Origin: Minisyncoccota bacterium
Lineage (GTDB): Bacteria; Patescibacteriota; Minisyncoccia; Phycocordibacterales; UBA9973
Assembly: GCA_041663185.1 (NCBI GenBank)
Contig: JBAZQY010000001.1
Location: 117,298-181,297, forward strand
Length of the DNA: 64,000 nt
Reading direction: 5' to 3'
Below, one piece after another: positions 1 through 9,058 of the stretch. Position 1 is the first letter of the stretch; each line of letters opens with the position of its first letter. Made by a program: the position numbers and the translations under genes. The notes below the pieces were generated by a model. The model saw nothing but the letters and a program-made list of their open reading frames with translations. It had not been told where the DNA came from and did no database searches.

Positions 1-338
1 GCTTTCTGAGGCACAAATGAAAGTAATGTCCCTGCCTCACAATCTTTTGGATCAAGATATCCGGTGCCGGGGACTTCGCCCCCACCTTCGACACAGACAT
101 AATTAGTTCCCATGCGAATAGAACGAGTCATGCTTTCCATTGTAAAATTAATATTATCCATGGCGGTTCTCAACCCTCGAGCTTTCCTAGCTGAATCCAT
201 AGTGATAAGTAAGGCCCCCATTGAAGCCAACATAATCGCTGTGAAAATAAAAGTCGCCACCATTAATTCTACTAGCGTGAATCCATTATTTTGCTTTTTA
301 TTTTTAATATTCATTTTAGGTAACACTAATTTGCCCAT
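1..338 (-). CDS. Type IV pilin-like protein with prepilin N-terminus, partial (runs off the left edge of the window)
   Basis: Minus-strand translation from the ATG at 338 gives MGKLVLPKMNIKNKKQNNG|FTLVELMVATFIF, a prepilin leader plus hydrophobic helix. An alternative start (MNIKN) is at 314. The + ORF 112..363 is its antisense. Confidence 0.55.
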   Translation of the reverse strand, partial: MGKLVLPKMNIKNKKQNNGFTLVELMVATFIFTAIMLASMGALLITMDSARKARGLRTAMDNINFTMESMTRSIRMGTNYVCVEGGGEVPGTGYLDPKDCEAGTLLSFVPQK

Positions 339-1059
339 TATTCCAAATAGTTATAATTTTTAATACATTCGGATCACTGATATTTGAGATTTCTATTTTG
401 ATATAATAAATAACATCTTTTTGGTCACATCCTGGTGGAATTGGAGGGAGATCATCGGGTAGAGCAGTAGTATCGTTAGCGGATGATGTATTTTTTTTAT
501 AACAAAAAATTGGCTCCGGATTGGGACGATTAAAAAATATTTCAACCAGATCATTCTTATCAATCGCCTTTTCATTATCTTTACTATAACCTAGATAAAT
601 ATTTGATATTACGTCGGCACTGGTGATCTTGAGAGCTTCTAGGCATTCATTCTCGGCTGTCGGCTTTCCGCATTCATTCGACTTGTCGTAATCATAAGTC
701 ATATTATTATTAATGTTGGCAAAAATAAGAAATAATTTATTTGAGCCAAAATAATTTTTTGTTACCGAATTTAAGCTGAAATGTACACCATAACCAAAAT
801 CAAACGCACTACTTGAGCCACGAACTCCGATCGCATAACTTTGAGCTTTACGGACAGACAAAGCGATATCGTCCGCTAGATTTTGAATAGAAGTGGCTGA
901 ACGAAATTGTCCGTAATTAAAAAGCACAATCAAAGACATGACTAAAAATATGGAGATGACAACAATGAGCTCGATTAGAGTCACCCCGCCTTCGTTTCCT
1001 TGAGACTTCGGTGAGGCAAGCCCAGAATTAGATTTATTTTTGTAAAAATTTTTTAACAT
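316..1059 (-). CDS. Pilin-like / pseudopilin protein with prepilin N-terminus
   Basis: N-terminus ...GNEGG|VTLIELIVVISIFLV is a class III signal-peptide motif followed by a TM helix. It sits immediately downstream of pilD in a pilus operon. Confidence 0.6.
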   Translation of the reverse strand: MLKNFYKNKSNSGLASPKSQGNEGGVTLIELIVVISIFLVMSLIVLFNYGQFRSATSIQNLADDIALSVRKAQSYAIGVRGSSSAFDFGYGVHFSLNSVTKNYFGSNKLFLIFANINNNMTYDYDKSNECGKPTAENECLEALKITSADVISNIYLGYSKDNEKAIDKNDLVEIFFNRPNPEPIFCYKKNTSSANDTTALPDDLPPIPPGCDQKDVIYYIKIEISNISDPNVLKIITIWNNGQISVT

Positions 1060-1068
1060 TTTTTAATA

Positions 1069-1920
1069 TTATTTAATATTAAATATATTCACTAAAGAAA
1101 AAAGATTTAAGTTGAATAAAAAAGTAATGAGAGCACTGATGGCCAAAAATGGACCAAAAGGGATCTCTGTTTTCATATTAATTTTACGCTTAGAGGCTCC
1201 CATCAATAACAAACTCACAATCGTGCCTATCCAAAACGATAAGATAACCGCGCAAAGACCAGCAATTAACCCCAACATCCAGCCAATACCGAGAATTAAC
1301 TTGCCGTCACCAAGCCCCATCAAACGCCCCTTAGAAAAAAACCAGAGAAGGACAAAAGGTAAAGAAAGAAGTGGCCCCGCTAATAAATTAGACAAAGTTG
1401 GTAAAGTGAAAAATGAACCTACTGGAGAGAAATTTATAAAAATGGACAAAAAGGATAGGACGATAAAAATAATGACTAATTTATCGGGAATAATTTTATG
1501 CCGAATATCGTAAACTGAAATGACAATCAGTAATGAGAAAATAAAAACAAAAAACACAACAAAAAAGATATAGGACCAATAAGACATATAAAGAATAGGT
1601 AGGAACTTATAAGCAATAAGCGCAAAAATCAAACCAGTCCCGAATTCGACAAGTGGATATTGATGAGAGATGTGGCTAGCACAACGACGACATTTGCCTG
1701 ATTGAATCAGAAAACTAAGAACGGGAATAAGCTCATACCATCTCAAATTGTTATTACAAGTCATACAAATAGACCTTCCTCTGGTAATCTTCCGCCCTGT
1801 ATTAAATCGAAAAATGACAACATTCAAAAAACTTCCAATAATAGTTCCTAATAAAAAAATGAAGACAAATATAAGTAAACTCATGTTTTTATTATAACAT
1901 CCACCCCAACAAAAAACCAC
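1069..1920 (-). CDS. pilD: Prepilin peptidase (A24 family, PilD-like)
   Basis: Polytopic membrane protein with a CxxC...CxxC region (CMTCNNNL...CRRCASHIS) typical of prepilin peptidases. It is adjacent to the pilin genes. Confidence 0.75.
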   Translation of the reverse strand: MVFCWGGCYNKNMSLLIFVFIFLLGTIIGSFLNVVIFRFNTGRKITRGRSICMTCNNNLRWYELIPVLSFLIQSGKCRRCASHISHQYPLVEFGTGLIFALIAYKFLPILYMSYWSYIFFVVFFVFIFSLLIVISVYDIRHKIIPDKLVIIFIVLSFLSIFINFSPVGSFFTLPTLSNLLAGPLLSLPFVLLWFFSKGRLMGLGDGKLILGIGWMLGLIAGLCAVILSFWIGTIVSLLLMGASKRKINMKTEIPFGPFLAISALITFLFNLNLFSLVNIFNIK

Positions 1921-1930
1921 CTAATCCTAG
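1901..1930. terminator. Intrinsic terminator hairpin downstream of the pilin-1 gene
   Basis: aaaaaaccacc-taatcctag-ggtggtttttt: a GC stem flanked by A/T tracts, usable in both directions. Confidence 0.55.
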
Positions 1931-1988
1931 GTGGTTTTTTAACTACAAAATACTCTTGCTCATTTACATAACCCCTGTAAAATTTTTA

Positions 1989-2498
1989 CTAGTCACAATC
2001 ATACTCAGATGCACTTATTGGAACACTAGTGATGATTGCCTTACCTGTACTGTCAACACAAAACATTTTAGGGATTGCTGAAGTACTATCAGATAATGGT
2101 GCTTCAACAGCATAGGCTGTGGTTGTACCACCAACAGCATGACATGTTACTTTATTATAAGTGCCTGCGGTTATATTCGAAGTAACAGGAGCACCTGCAC
2201 CACCATCAACCCCTGAGGCATCAGCTATTGACTTGAGTAATCCAGGACCAGTGGCTCCCCCTAATCCTTTATTAACAACTGTGGCTGTACATAACCCTGA
2301 ATATATATTAGTCGGACTTTGTGAATAATAATATAATTCAGATTGTTTTTTTATTTGATCCATTTGACCTTTTACAGCTCCATCCTTTCCTTTATTACGA
2401 GCATCTCCTAATGAACTTAAAACGATAGCTGCTAAAATACCAATGATTGCGATAACGACCAACAATTCGATTAACGTAAAACCTTTATTTTTTTGCAT
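1989..2498 (-). CDS. Type IV major pilin, paralogue 1
   Basis: The true start is at MQKNKG|FTLIELLVVIAIIGILA, a canonical prepilin. The C-terminus has two Cys (FCVDSTG...YDCD). The listed ORF 1989..2819 is an upstream extension into the neighbouring gene. Confidence 0.8.
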   Translation of the reverse strand: MQKNKGFTLIELLVVIAIIGILAAIVLSSLGDARNKGKDGAVKGQMDQIKKQSELYYYSQSPTNIYSGLCTATVVNKGLGGATGPGLLKSIADASGVDGGAGAPVTSNITAGTYNKVTCHAVGGTTTAYAVEAPLSDSTSAIPKMFCVDSTGKAIITSVPISASEYDCD

Positions 2499-2560
2499 AA
2501 TATTTTCCGCTTTATGCGGGTCCGCACTTGGCGGAAATTTTAATAATTTTTTAATAAAAA
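2499..2560 (-). promoter_or_regulatory. Conserved pilin 5'UTR, copy 1 (duplicated with 3175..3235)
   Basis: Nearly identical to the region upstream of pilin 2 (cataatattttccgctttatgcgggtccgcac(t/a)tggcggaaatttt). It contains two small hairpins, ccgc-ttta-tgcgg and ccgc-ac(t/a)tg-gcgg. Confidence 0.5.
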
Positions 2561-2656
2561 CGACCTTAGCGAATAATATTTGGAAATTTGGAAATTGATT
2601 CTTATCTCTCTCCATCAAAATTATAACATATAACAAAATATAATCTAACAAGTTAT

Positions 2657-2694
2657 AAACAGAAAAACCACCCAATGGGTGGTTTTTCTGTTTA
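2657..2694. terminator. Intrinsic terminator downstream of the pilin-2 gene
   Basis: aaacagaaaaaccaccca-at-tgggtggtttttctgttt is an 18-bp perfect inverted repeat followed by a T-run. Confidence 0.6.
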
Positions 2695-2727
2695 TAAAAA
2701 GCAATTTTATAAATTTTTTTAAATAAA

Positions 2728-3174
2728 TTAGGCGTTATCACAAACAACATCAGTGGTTGCAGTAATTTCCGTTCCGGGAGCAACAGTAGAAGTCCCAGCA
2801 AATCCAGTACTATCAACACAGAAATTACCTCCTACTGGCAATGTAATAGCCCATCCCCAAGCTGTTGGAGCAGTAAGTGCAGCTGTATTCTGCGCACAAG
2901 TCGATACAGTTCCACCACCATTAGTTGCAGCTGTAACTAAAGTACCTAAACCTCCATCAGCAGTACTAGTGCAAAGACCATCAAGATAAGTTCCTGCAGT
3001 AGTCATACCAAGTTCAGCTTGAACTCTTGCAGAACTAACAGTAGATTGAACAGCTGCTGCCTTACCCTTATTTCTTGCAGTATTCAAACTTGCCAAAACG
3101 ACTGATGCCAAAATACCAATGATTGCGATAACGACCAACAATTCAATTAACGTAAAACCTTTATTTTTTTGCAT
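2728..3174 (-). CDS. Type IV major pilin, paralogue 2
   Basis: MQKNKG|FTLIELLVVIAIIGILAS... The first ~30 residues are identical to paralogue 1, the C-terminal region is divergent, and the FCVDSTG motif and C-terminal Cys are conserved. Confidence 0.8.
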   Translation of the reverse strand: MQKNKGFTLIELLVVIAIIGILASVVLASLNTARNKGKAAAVQSTVSSARVQAELGMTTAGTYLDGLCTSTADGGLGTLVTAATNGGGTVSTCAQNTAALTAPTAWGWAITLPVGGNFCVDSTGFAGTSTVAPGTEITATTDVVCDNA

Positions 3175-3235
3175 AATATTTTCCGCTTTATGCGGGTCCG
3201 CACATGGCGGAAATTTTATTAATAATTTTTTAATA
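3175..3235 (-). promoter_or_regulatory. Conserved pilin 5'UTR, copy 2
   Basis: Duplicate of 2499..2560. A TATAAT-like -10 (gatataatg on the minus strand) lies about 80 nt upstream of the start codon. Confidence 0.45.
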
Positions 3236-3355
3236 AGAAACACGACCTTATTTTTAATAATACCATTATATCATAAAACTAACTTAAAAATACAATGCGA
3301 TGCGACCTGTGGATAAGTTTGAATCAGTAGCAAGTAGTAAGGAGGATTTAGAGAT

Positions 3356-4564
3356 TTATACTCCACCGGCGATATTGTAAATCGGCATTAAGATTGATGA
3401 TAATAAGATACCAACTCCAAGCCCCAAAATAACAATCATAACTGGTTCAATTAATCCGACAAGAGTATCGACGGCTTCGTTAACTTCCCGAGCATAAAAA
3501 CGCCCGAGAGTTTTTAGAATATTCCCCAGGGACCCCGTCTCCTCCCCCACTCTTATCATCCCTGGCATAATTGGAGGAACTTCTTTGTGTTTAGAAAAAG
3601 CATCCGACAAAGAACTACCGCCTTTGACGGCTTCAGAAACATCTTTTAATATTCCTTCAAAAACCCGATTGCCAACCACCGCACTCGTCAACTCAATCGA
3701 TCGAACAATCGGGATACCCGATGAAAGCATAGTGTCCATATTGTCCGAAATTCTTGAAAGATAAAGTTTGGTGTAAATACTTTTGAAAACTGGGGTGTTA
3801 ATTTTTAATCGGTCAAAATATAATCGTCCAGCTGGAGATTTGGAATAGTGAATAATATAAACAACAAAGATAACTACTGCAATTAAAATGAAAACTCCGT
3901 AACGGACAAAAAGGTCACTCAACGACATAATAAGTCGAGTGAAAAATGGTATTTCAGCACTTGATTCTCGAATAATAAGCGCTAGTTTTGGAATAATAAA
4001 GACAAACATCATACACATCACGAGGATGAAAACACCGACAACAAAGGCTGGGTAGATCAGAGCATTTTTAGTTTTCGAAGTAAGTTGATATTGACGATCG
4101 AGATAATCGGCCAAATAAGAAAATGTTTGGGTAAGTTTACCCGTCTCTTCTCCAGCCCGAATCATATTGACATAAAAATCAGAGAAAACTACTTTGTGCT
4201 TCGCTAAAGCTCCGGAAATCGAAACTCCTGATCGAATATCTTCTGCAACTTCATTCAAAACTGCCACCAAAGCTTGATTTTCACTATTCTCAGCGAGCAG
4301 AGTGAAAGCTTTCAGGGCTGAAACTTGTGATTCAAAGAGCGTCGACATTTGTCGTGACATGATGACGATGTCTTTCATTTTTATTTTTGATTGCCCAAAG
4401 AAGGAAATATTAAACATCCCCTTTTTGGCTTTTTCTTCATCAATCGATGAGATGAAAAATCCGCGACGCTGAAGAGCAACAATCGCCAAGTCTTTCGAAC
4501 TTGCATCAATTGTCCCAACTTTATTCTCACCAGTACTGGTGATGGCTTTGTAATTGAATAACAT
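3356..4564 (-). CDS. pilC: Type IV pilus inner-membrane platform protein (PilC/GspF family)
   Basis: 402 aa with a duplicated T2SS-F-like architecture and 3 TM segments. It is adjacent to the pilT/pilB ATPases. Confidence 0.8.
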   Translation of the reverse strand: MLFNYKAITSTGENKVGTIDASSKDLAIVALQRRGFFISSIDEEKAKKGMFNISFFGQSKIKMKDIVIMSRQMSTLFESQVSALKAFTLLAENSENQALVAVLNEVAEDIRSGVSISGALAKHKVVFSDFYVNMIRAGEETGKLTQTFSYLADYLDRQYQLTSKTKNALIYPAFVVGVFILVMCMMFVFIIPKLALIIRESSAEIPFFTRLIMSLSDLFVRYGVFILIAVVIFVVYIIHYSKSPAGRLYFDRLKINTPVFKSIYTKLYLSRISDNMDTMLSSGIPIVRSIELTSAVVGNRVFEGILKDVSEAVKGGSSLSDAFSKHKEVPPIMPGMIRVGEETGSLGNILKTLGRFYAREVNEAVDTLVGLIEPVMIVILGLGVGILLSSILMPIYNIAGGV

Positions 4565-4566
4565 AA

Positions 4567-5649
4567 TTAAAACATTTGCTCTAATGATTTAGGATTAATA
4601 GAAAATTCATAAGCACTCTCGAGACTTATTTCTCCCCTCTGCACAAGATCAATCAGACATCGGTTCATATCAACCATCCCTTCATGGGACGAAGTTTCAA
4701 TGACGACATCGATCTCATGGGTTCTTTTTTCACGAATTAAATTGGCAATCGCTTTGTTATTGATCAAAAGTTCATAAGCGGGAATACGCCCACCGGCAAT
4801 CCGCGGAATTAAACGTTGCGAGAATATTCCAAGCAAACTTGAAGCGAGCTGTAAACGAATCTGGCCTTGTTGTTCGGCGGGGAATGAGTCGATAATACGA
4901 TCAATAGTTTGTGAAGCATTGTTGGTATGCAGAGTTGAAAGGACCAAGTGCCCCGTCTCAGCAGCTGTCACCGCAGCGGCGATGGTTGATGGATCACGCA
5001 TTTCTCCAATTAAAATAACATTGGCATCTTCACGGAAAGTTGACTTCAGAGCTTTCAAAAAATCATCCGTATCAATACCAATTTCACGTTGATTGATGAT
5101 TGATTTGTCGGGCTGATAGATGAATTCAATAGGATCTTCGATCGTCATAATGTGTGCTGCGGTTTGTGTATTGATCATATTAATCATCGTAGAGAGGGTT
5201 GTTGATTTACCTTGTCCGACTGGCCCAACAACAAGAAAGAATCCTTGTTTTTTCATAGTGAAATCTTTAAGGATCATCGGTAAATTTAATTCTTCAAATG
5301 ATTTAGCTTTAGGAATTAGCCGGATAGCGATGCAGACGAGCCCACGCTGAAAGAAAGCATTGCCTCGGAGTTGAACTTGACCATCTTTCAAATTACTCGA
5401 GAAATCAACATCCTTGTTTTCGATAAATTTCTTGACTCTTTCGCTGCCAATCAATTCCTCTAAAAGACCAAGCACATCATCTTCAGTCATAACTTTATGG
5501 TTAACCAAAGAGATAAGTTGGCCATTTACTCGGATGTATGGTTTGCGCCCGATACCAAGATGCAAATCTGAGCCATCTTCATTGATCAGGTTTTCAATTA
5601 ATTCATTGAGTAATTTTTTATATTCCATATTAGTTTTTGTGTGCGTCAC
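4567..5649 (-). CDS. pilT: Twitching-motility retraction ATPase PilT
   Basis: Walker A GPVGQGKST. The PilT-type motifs IEDPIE and ...GGRIPAYELLINN... are present. Confidence 0.8.
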   Translation of the reverse strand: MTHTKTNMEYKKLLNELIENLINEDGSDLHLGIGRKPYIRVNGQLISLVNHKVMTEDDVLGLLEELIGSERVKKFIENKDVDFSSNLKDGQVQLRGNAFFQRGLVCIAIRLIPKAKSFEELNLPMILKDFTMKKQGFFLVVGPVGQGKSTTLSTMINMINTQTAAHIMTIEDPIEFIYQPDKSIINQREIGIDTDDFLKALKSTFREDANVILIGEMRDPSTIAAAVTAAETGHLVLSTLHTNNASQTIDRIIDSFPAEQQGQIRLQLASSLLGIFSQRLIPRIAGGRIPAYELLINNKAIANLIREKRTHEIDVVIETSSHEGMVDMNRCLIDLVQRGEISLESAYEFSINPKSLEQMF

Positions 5650-6025
5650 TTATTATTTTAACAACTTTCTCGACTACTTCACTCGGCGTACTCGAAGCTT
5701 TGACAATATAGCCGGAGGCACCCATCGCTTCGGCGCGAGTAATATCTGTTTGTTGTCCACGATTAGAAAGAAAGACAATAATGGAATTCGGAGCAATTTT
5801 TTCTTTTCTAATTTTCTCAAGTAATTCAAACCCATCCATAACGGGCATCATAATATCTAAAATAATGAGATCCGGAGAAAGTCCTTGCTGAAGTTTCTCG
5901 AGAGCTAACTCCGGGCCTAAAGCAGTCGAAACATTAAAATTTGATTTACTAAATTTCAATGCATACATATCAAGAAGAAAGCTATCATCGTCGACAATCA
6001 GAATCTTTTTAAGTTCTTTATCCAT
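5630..6025 (-). CDS. Standalone response-regulator receiver domain (CheY/PilH-like)
   Basis: KILIVDDD...DIMMPVMDGFELL...K receiver signature, with no output domain. It is embedded in the pilus operon. Confidence 0.75.
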   Translation of the reverse strand: MDKELKKILIVDDDSFLLDMYALKFSKSNFNVSTALGPELALEKLQQGLSPDLIILDIMMPVMDGFELLEKIRKEKIAPNSIIVFLSNRGQQTDITRAEAMGASGYIVKASSTPSEVVEKVVKIISDAHKN

Positions 6026-6056
6026 ACATTTATATTATAATATAATTGTCAATATT

Positions 6057-7793
6057 TTAAAAGTTATAAACTTCTTGAAGTGGTATATCTCCTCGAATAC
6101 TTTTGACGATTGCATCTTCACGAATTGTCAGCATTCCACGTGAGCGAGCGAGCTTATAGATATCTTGCTCAACTGGATGTTTGAGGATTATCGCTTGCAT
6201 CTCCTTATCAATTTTAAACATTTCAAATAGTGATATACGGCCTTTTAGTCCGGAGGCGCATTCGGCCGACGGCACCGCTTCATAAATAGTGTTGCCGATA
6301 TTTAATTTCGATTTAAATTCTTCTGGCAAATCAGCAAATTGTTTATCAAACATTAATTTGGTCGCTTCATCAATCGGAATTTCGTGTTTAGAATTTGGAT
6401 GAATTCTGCGAGCTAGACGTTGAGCCATACAGAGAATCAAAGTTGGAGCAATTAGATATGGGTCTATTCCCATATCAATCAAACGTGGAATTGCCCCGAC
6501 AGAATTATTGGTGTGAAGTGTTGAAAGAACCAAGTGCCCGGTCAGGGCTGCTTGAATAGCAAGCTCGGCAGTTTCTTTATCACGAATTTCTCCGACTAAT
6601 ATAATATTGGGGTCTTGACGTAGAATTGACCTGAGTCCTGAAGCAAAAGTGTATCCAATCTCGGGCATAATCTGAGATTGATTAACTCCATCAATTTTAT
6701 ATTCAACTGGATCTTCTAGGGAAACAATATTCTTATCTTCCTTATCGAGTTCATTCAACATTGAGTAGAGAGTAGTTGTTTTACCACTTCCAGTTGGACC
6801 AGTAATAAGAAGTAATCCATATGGGCGAGACAATGAATCTCGAATAAGGACTAAATTCTCTTTTGACAATCCCAGGTCGTCGAGTTTCTGAATCCCTCTT
6901 TGAGAATCCAAAATACGCATCACAATCTTTTCTCCATAATAAGCCGGCATAGTCGAGACACGGAAATCAATTTTTCGGCCTTCAATTTTGGCTGAGAAGC
7001 CACCATCTTGTGGTTTACGTTTTTCATCGAGTCGTAATCGCGCCAAAATTTTAATACGCGCAACGACGCCATTATAGACAGAAAGTGGTAAAGTCAAAGA
7101 AGTATGTAAAATACCATCAACACGAAAACGCACTTTGACTCTATCCCCTGTATTTTCTATATGGATATCCGAAGCTAAACCTTCGGTGGCATTACGGAGA
7201 ATAACGGCGACAATCTTGACTATCGGCGCTTCTTCAACTATTTTCTCATCACCTGCTTTCTGAGTATCTGGTGATTTAATATTTGTTTCAATAATAACTC
7301 CACTGTCATTATAATCTGCAAACTCAGAATCAAGCTCACTGAGAGCTTGGTCAACTTCGGTACCACTTGTCCCTTCATACATTTCTATTAATTTATTGTA
7401 GACAGAAGTTGCAATCAAAAATAATTTAAATGGTTTATTTAATTTGGAGGTAATGAAAGTCAGCGCATCTATGGCTTGAATATTCTCTGGATCAACAATC
7501 CCAACTTCTAGAAAATTATCTGTTAAATTAATTGGAATAAAATGATAGATTTTAGCTGCATCAACTGGAATTAATCTTAGGATGGTCGGATCAACACTTC
7601 TCGGGTCAACTTTTTTAATTGGCACACCAAAAATATCTCCTTTGACTTCAAGAATTTTTTCTTCATCTAAATCGAAAACAACAAGTGCCTGGTCAATACT
7701 GCCCTCATATTTTTCATTAGCAATTTTGACGATTTCAGGTATTTGGTCTTCTTTTATAATTTCACGTTTTACAAGTTCTTCTAAAAGTATCAT
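6057..7793 (-). CDS. pilB: Type IV pilus assembly ATPase PilB (GspE family)
   Basis: N-terminal GSPII_E_N-like domain. Walker A LLITGPTGSGKTTTLYS and the T2SS-E secretion-ATPase core are present. Confidence 0.85.
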   Translation of the reverse strand: MILLEELVKREIIKEDQIPEIVKIANEKYEGSIDQALVVFDLDEEKILEVKGDIFGVPIKKVDPRSVDPTILRLIPVDAAKIYHFIPINLTDNFLEVGIVDPENIQAIDALTFITSKLNKPFKLFLIATSVYNKLIEMYEGTSGTEVDQALSELDSEFADYNDSGVIIETNIKSPDTQKAGDEKIVEEAPIVKIVAVILRNATEGLASDIHIENTGDRVKVRFRVDGILHTSLTLPLSVYNGVVARIKILARLRLDEKRKPQDGGFSAKIEGRKIDFRVSTMPAYYGEKIVMRILDSQRGIQKLDDLGLSKENLVLIRDSLSRPYGLLLITGPTGSGKTTTLYSMLNELDKEDKNIVSLEDPVEYKIDGVNQSQIMPEIGYTFASGLRSILRQDPNIILVGEIRDKETAELAIQAALTGHLVLSTLHTNNSVGAIPRLIDMGIDPYLIAPTLILCMAQRLARRIHPNSKHEIPIDEATKLMFDKQFADLPEEFKSKLNIGNTIYEAVPSAECASGLKGRISLFEMFKIDKEMQAIILKHPVEQDIYKLARSRGMLTIREDAIVKSIRGDIPLQEVYNF

Positions 7794-7796
7794 GAA

Positions 7797-8441
7797 TTAT
7801 TTAGTCGTAAAAGAAACTATTTCTCCACAAAGCTCAGCATTATTAACTTTGGCGCAGGCTTTAAAGAAATAAGTTGTCCTAGGATTTAGTCCTAAAACAT
7901 TTTTAATAAATGTCCCAACAAGCGATTGTTCTACTTTAGTTGTTACGAGACCCAAATTCTCTGTCGTCCCGTATTTAAAATAAGTATCGGTCACCCCATT
8001 TGTAATATTCATTGTTCCATTTAAAACAGCAGTTTTATCAGTAATCTGAGTCGCTGATTCAGTAATAATACTAGAACCTTGAGGTATACTATTACCATTA
8101 CTATCGACTGGAGCAAAAGGATTCGGACGGCCAGGAACAACTGGCTCTATTTTGACAGTATTGTCTATAAGTAAATTAAAAGATTTATTTGAAAATAAAG
8201 TTGTATCAATACTGATAGTTTTCAAAGCAACTAAAGTTGAAAGAAAAGAAATATCGGAAGTAATATCACTTCCAAGTGGTGAAGTCGCAGATTCCCCTTC
8301 TGTCGAAGATGCCAACGAACTACCAAAAGCAACCGGAATTAGACTTTCTGATTTTAAATCTCGTGAAGAATATAAATAAAAACCACCAATAAGTAGAAAG
8401 AGTGTTGAGACGATTAAAAATTTGTTGTACTTTGTTTTCAT
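7797..8441 (-). CDS. Pilus-associated hypothetical protein (N-terminal TM, PilP-like Pro-rich motif, C-terminal FN3-like domain)
   Basis: N-terminal TM helix, then PGRPNPFAP. The C-terminus has an ...LNPRTTYFFKACAKVN... fibronectin-III-like signature. It lies between pilO and pilB. Confidence 0.4.
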   Translation of the reverse strand: MKTKYNKFLIVSTLFLLIGGFYLYSSRDLKSESLIPVAFGSSLASSTEGESATSPLGSDITSDISFLSTLVALKTISIDTTLFSNKSFNLLIDNTVKIEPVVPGRPNPFAPVDSNGNSIPQGSSIITESATQITDKTAVLNGTMNITNGVTDTYFKYGTTENLGLVTTKVEQSLVGTFIKNVLGLNPRTTYFFKACAKVNNAELCGEIVSFTTK

Positions 8442-8442
8442 A

Positions 8443-9054
8443 TTATTTAAGCCAATAGGTATTGACTTCTAATTTATAACTATAGATATTTGGATTTGTT
8501 GTATCGGTTGGGTTAGCACTTGGTACTGGAACAGTGAAAGAAACTGACTTAATATCGACTAAACGAAGATTATGTTCCAAATCATTCAAAAAAACCAGGA
8601 AGGAGTCGTATTTGCCCTCAATAACAAAATTCATAGTAAAGACTCCATATGGAAGATAATCGGATGGGTCTTCTTCGGCGGCGACGACCATTTCTTCACT
8701 AGCTGCTGAACTCTCACTCTTCTTCTCTGTATTCTTAGTATCGAATGAAATATTTTTTATTGGCAAACCATGTAAATTAGCAATTTTTTCAATTTCGAGA
8801 ATTAATTCAATATTATTAATAGTACTAGGCAAGAAATGACTTAAGCGATCACGATCTTCTTTTTTGATATTTTTATATATTTCAACCAGTGAATCGCGAG
8901 TCTGTTGTAATTCAGTAGAATTACTGAGCGCTGTATTATAAGTCGCCACATCAGTTCTCAACACCTTTACATCACTATAAATCGGATTAACCGCCACGAA
9001 AAACAGAGCTACGGCCACAACAATAAATGTAATTGAAAGAATTAATCTCATCAT
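8443..9054 (-). CDS. pilO: PilO-like pilus biogenesis protein
   Basis: Single N-terminal TM plus a coiled-coil region. It occupies the expected position after pilN. Confidence 0.5.
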   Translation of the reverse strand: MMRLILSITFIVVAVALFFVAVNPIYSDVKVLRTDVATYNTALSNSTELQQTRDSLVEIYKNIKKEDRDRLSHFLPSTINNIELILEIEKIANLHGLPIKNISFDTKNTEKKSESSAASEEMVVAAEEDPSDYLPYGVFTMNFVIEGKYDSFLVFLNDLEHNLRLVDIKSVSFTVPVPSANPTDTTNPNIYSYKLEVNTYWLK

Positions 9055-9058
9055 AAAA

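Noticed and set aside
112-363. 83-aa + strand ORF at the left edge
   Set aside because: It is antisense to a minus-strand prepilin-like gene (1..338) that has a clear GFTLVELMVATFIF signature. The + ORF has no features and overlaps two real genes.
1112-1513. 133-aa + ORF inside pilD
   Set aside because: It is antisense to the prepilin peptidase gene. Its Lys/Pro-rich low-complexity translation is typical of antisense frames in AT-rich DNA.
2753-2989. 78-aa + ORF and similar short antisense ORFs (for example 5120..5350, 5414..5824, 7582..7872, 8152..8379, 9793..10083, 10087..10310, 11320..11577, 11842..12162, 12493..12744, 13230..13439, 13823..14113, 15053..15283, 16857..17069, 17000..17302, 18839..19084, 21914..22141, 22284..22478, 23006..23320, 23540..23737, 26922..27667 group, 28452..28634, 29238..29435, 32071..32337, 33527..34201 group, 34311..34947, 35125..35337, 35524..35745, 35786..36073, 36193..36699, 37349..37531, 38525..38749, 39930..40115, 40201..40386, 41009..41718, 42106..42542, 43032..43383, 43884..44153, 45111..45383, 45986..46231, 46824..47162, 48048..48468, 48855..49115, 49446..49715, 50008..50211, 52156..52897 group, 53512..54059, 54396..55442 group, 55787..56075, 57257..57586, 58114..58374, 59305..59526, 60010..60379, 60577..60894, 62698..62886, 63494..63997)
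   Set aside because: Each lies entirely within, and antisense to or out of frame with, a longer well-supported gene (pilus genes, ribosomal proteins, tuf, ftsH, recG, the giant surface protein, hppA and so on). None has recognisable motifs.
1989-3243. Long N-terminal extensions of the two pilin ORFs (2819 and 3243 starts)
   Set aside because: The conserved MQKNKG|FTLIEL prepilin start, identical in both paralogues, fixes the real starts at about 2498 and 3174. The extensions run through the upstream terminator and the neighbouring gene.
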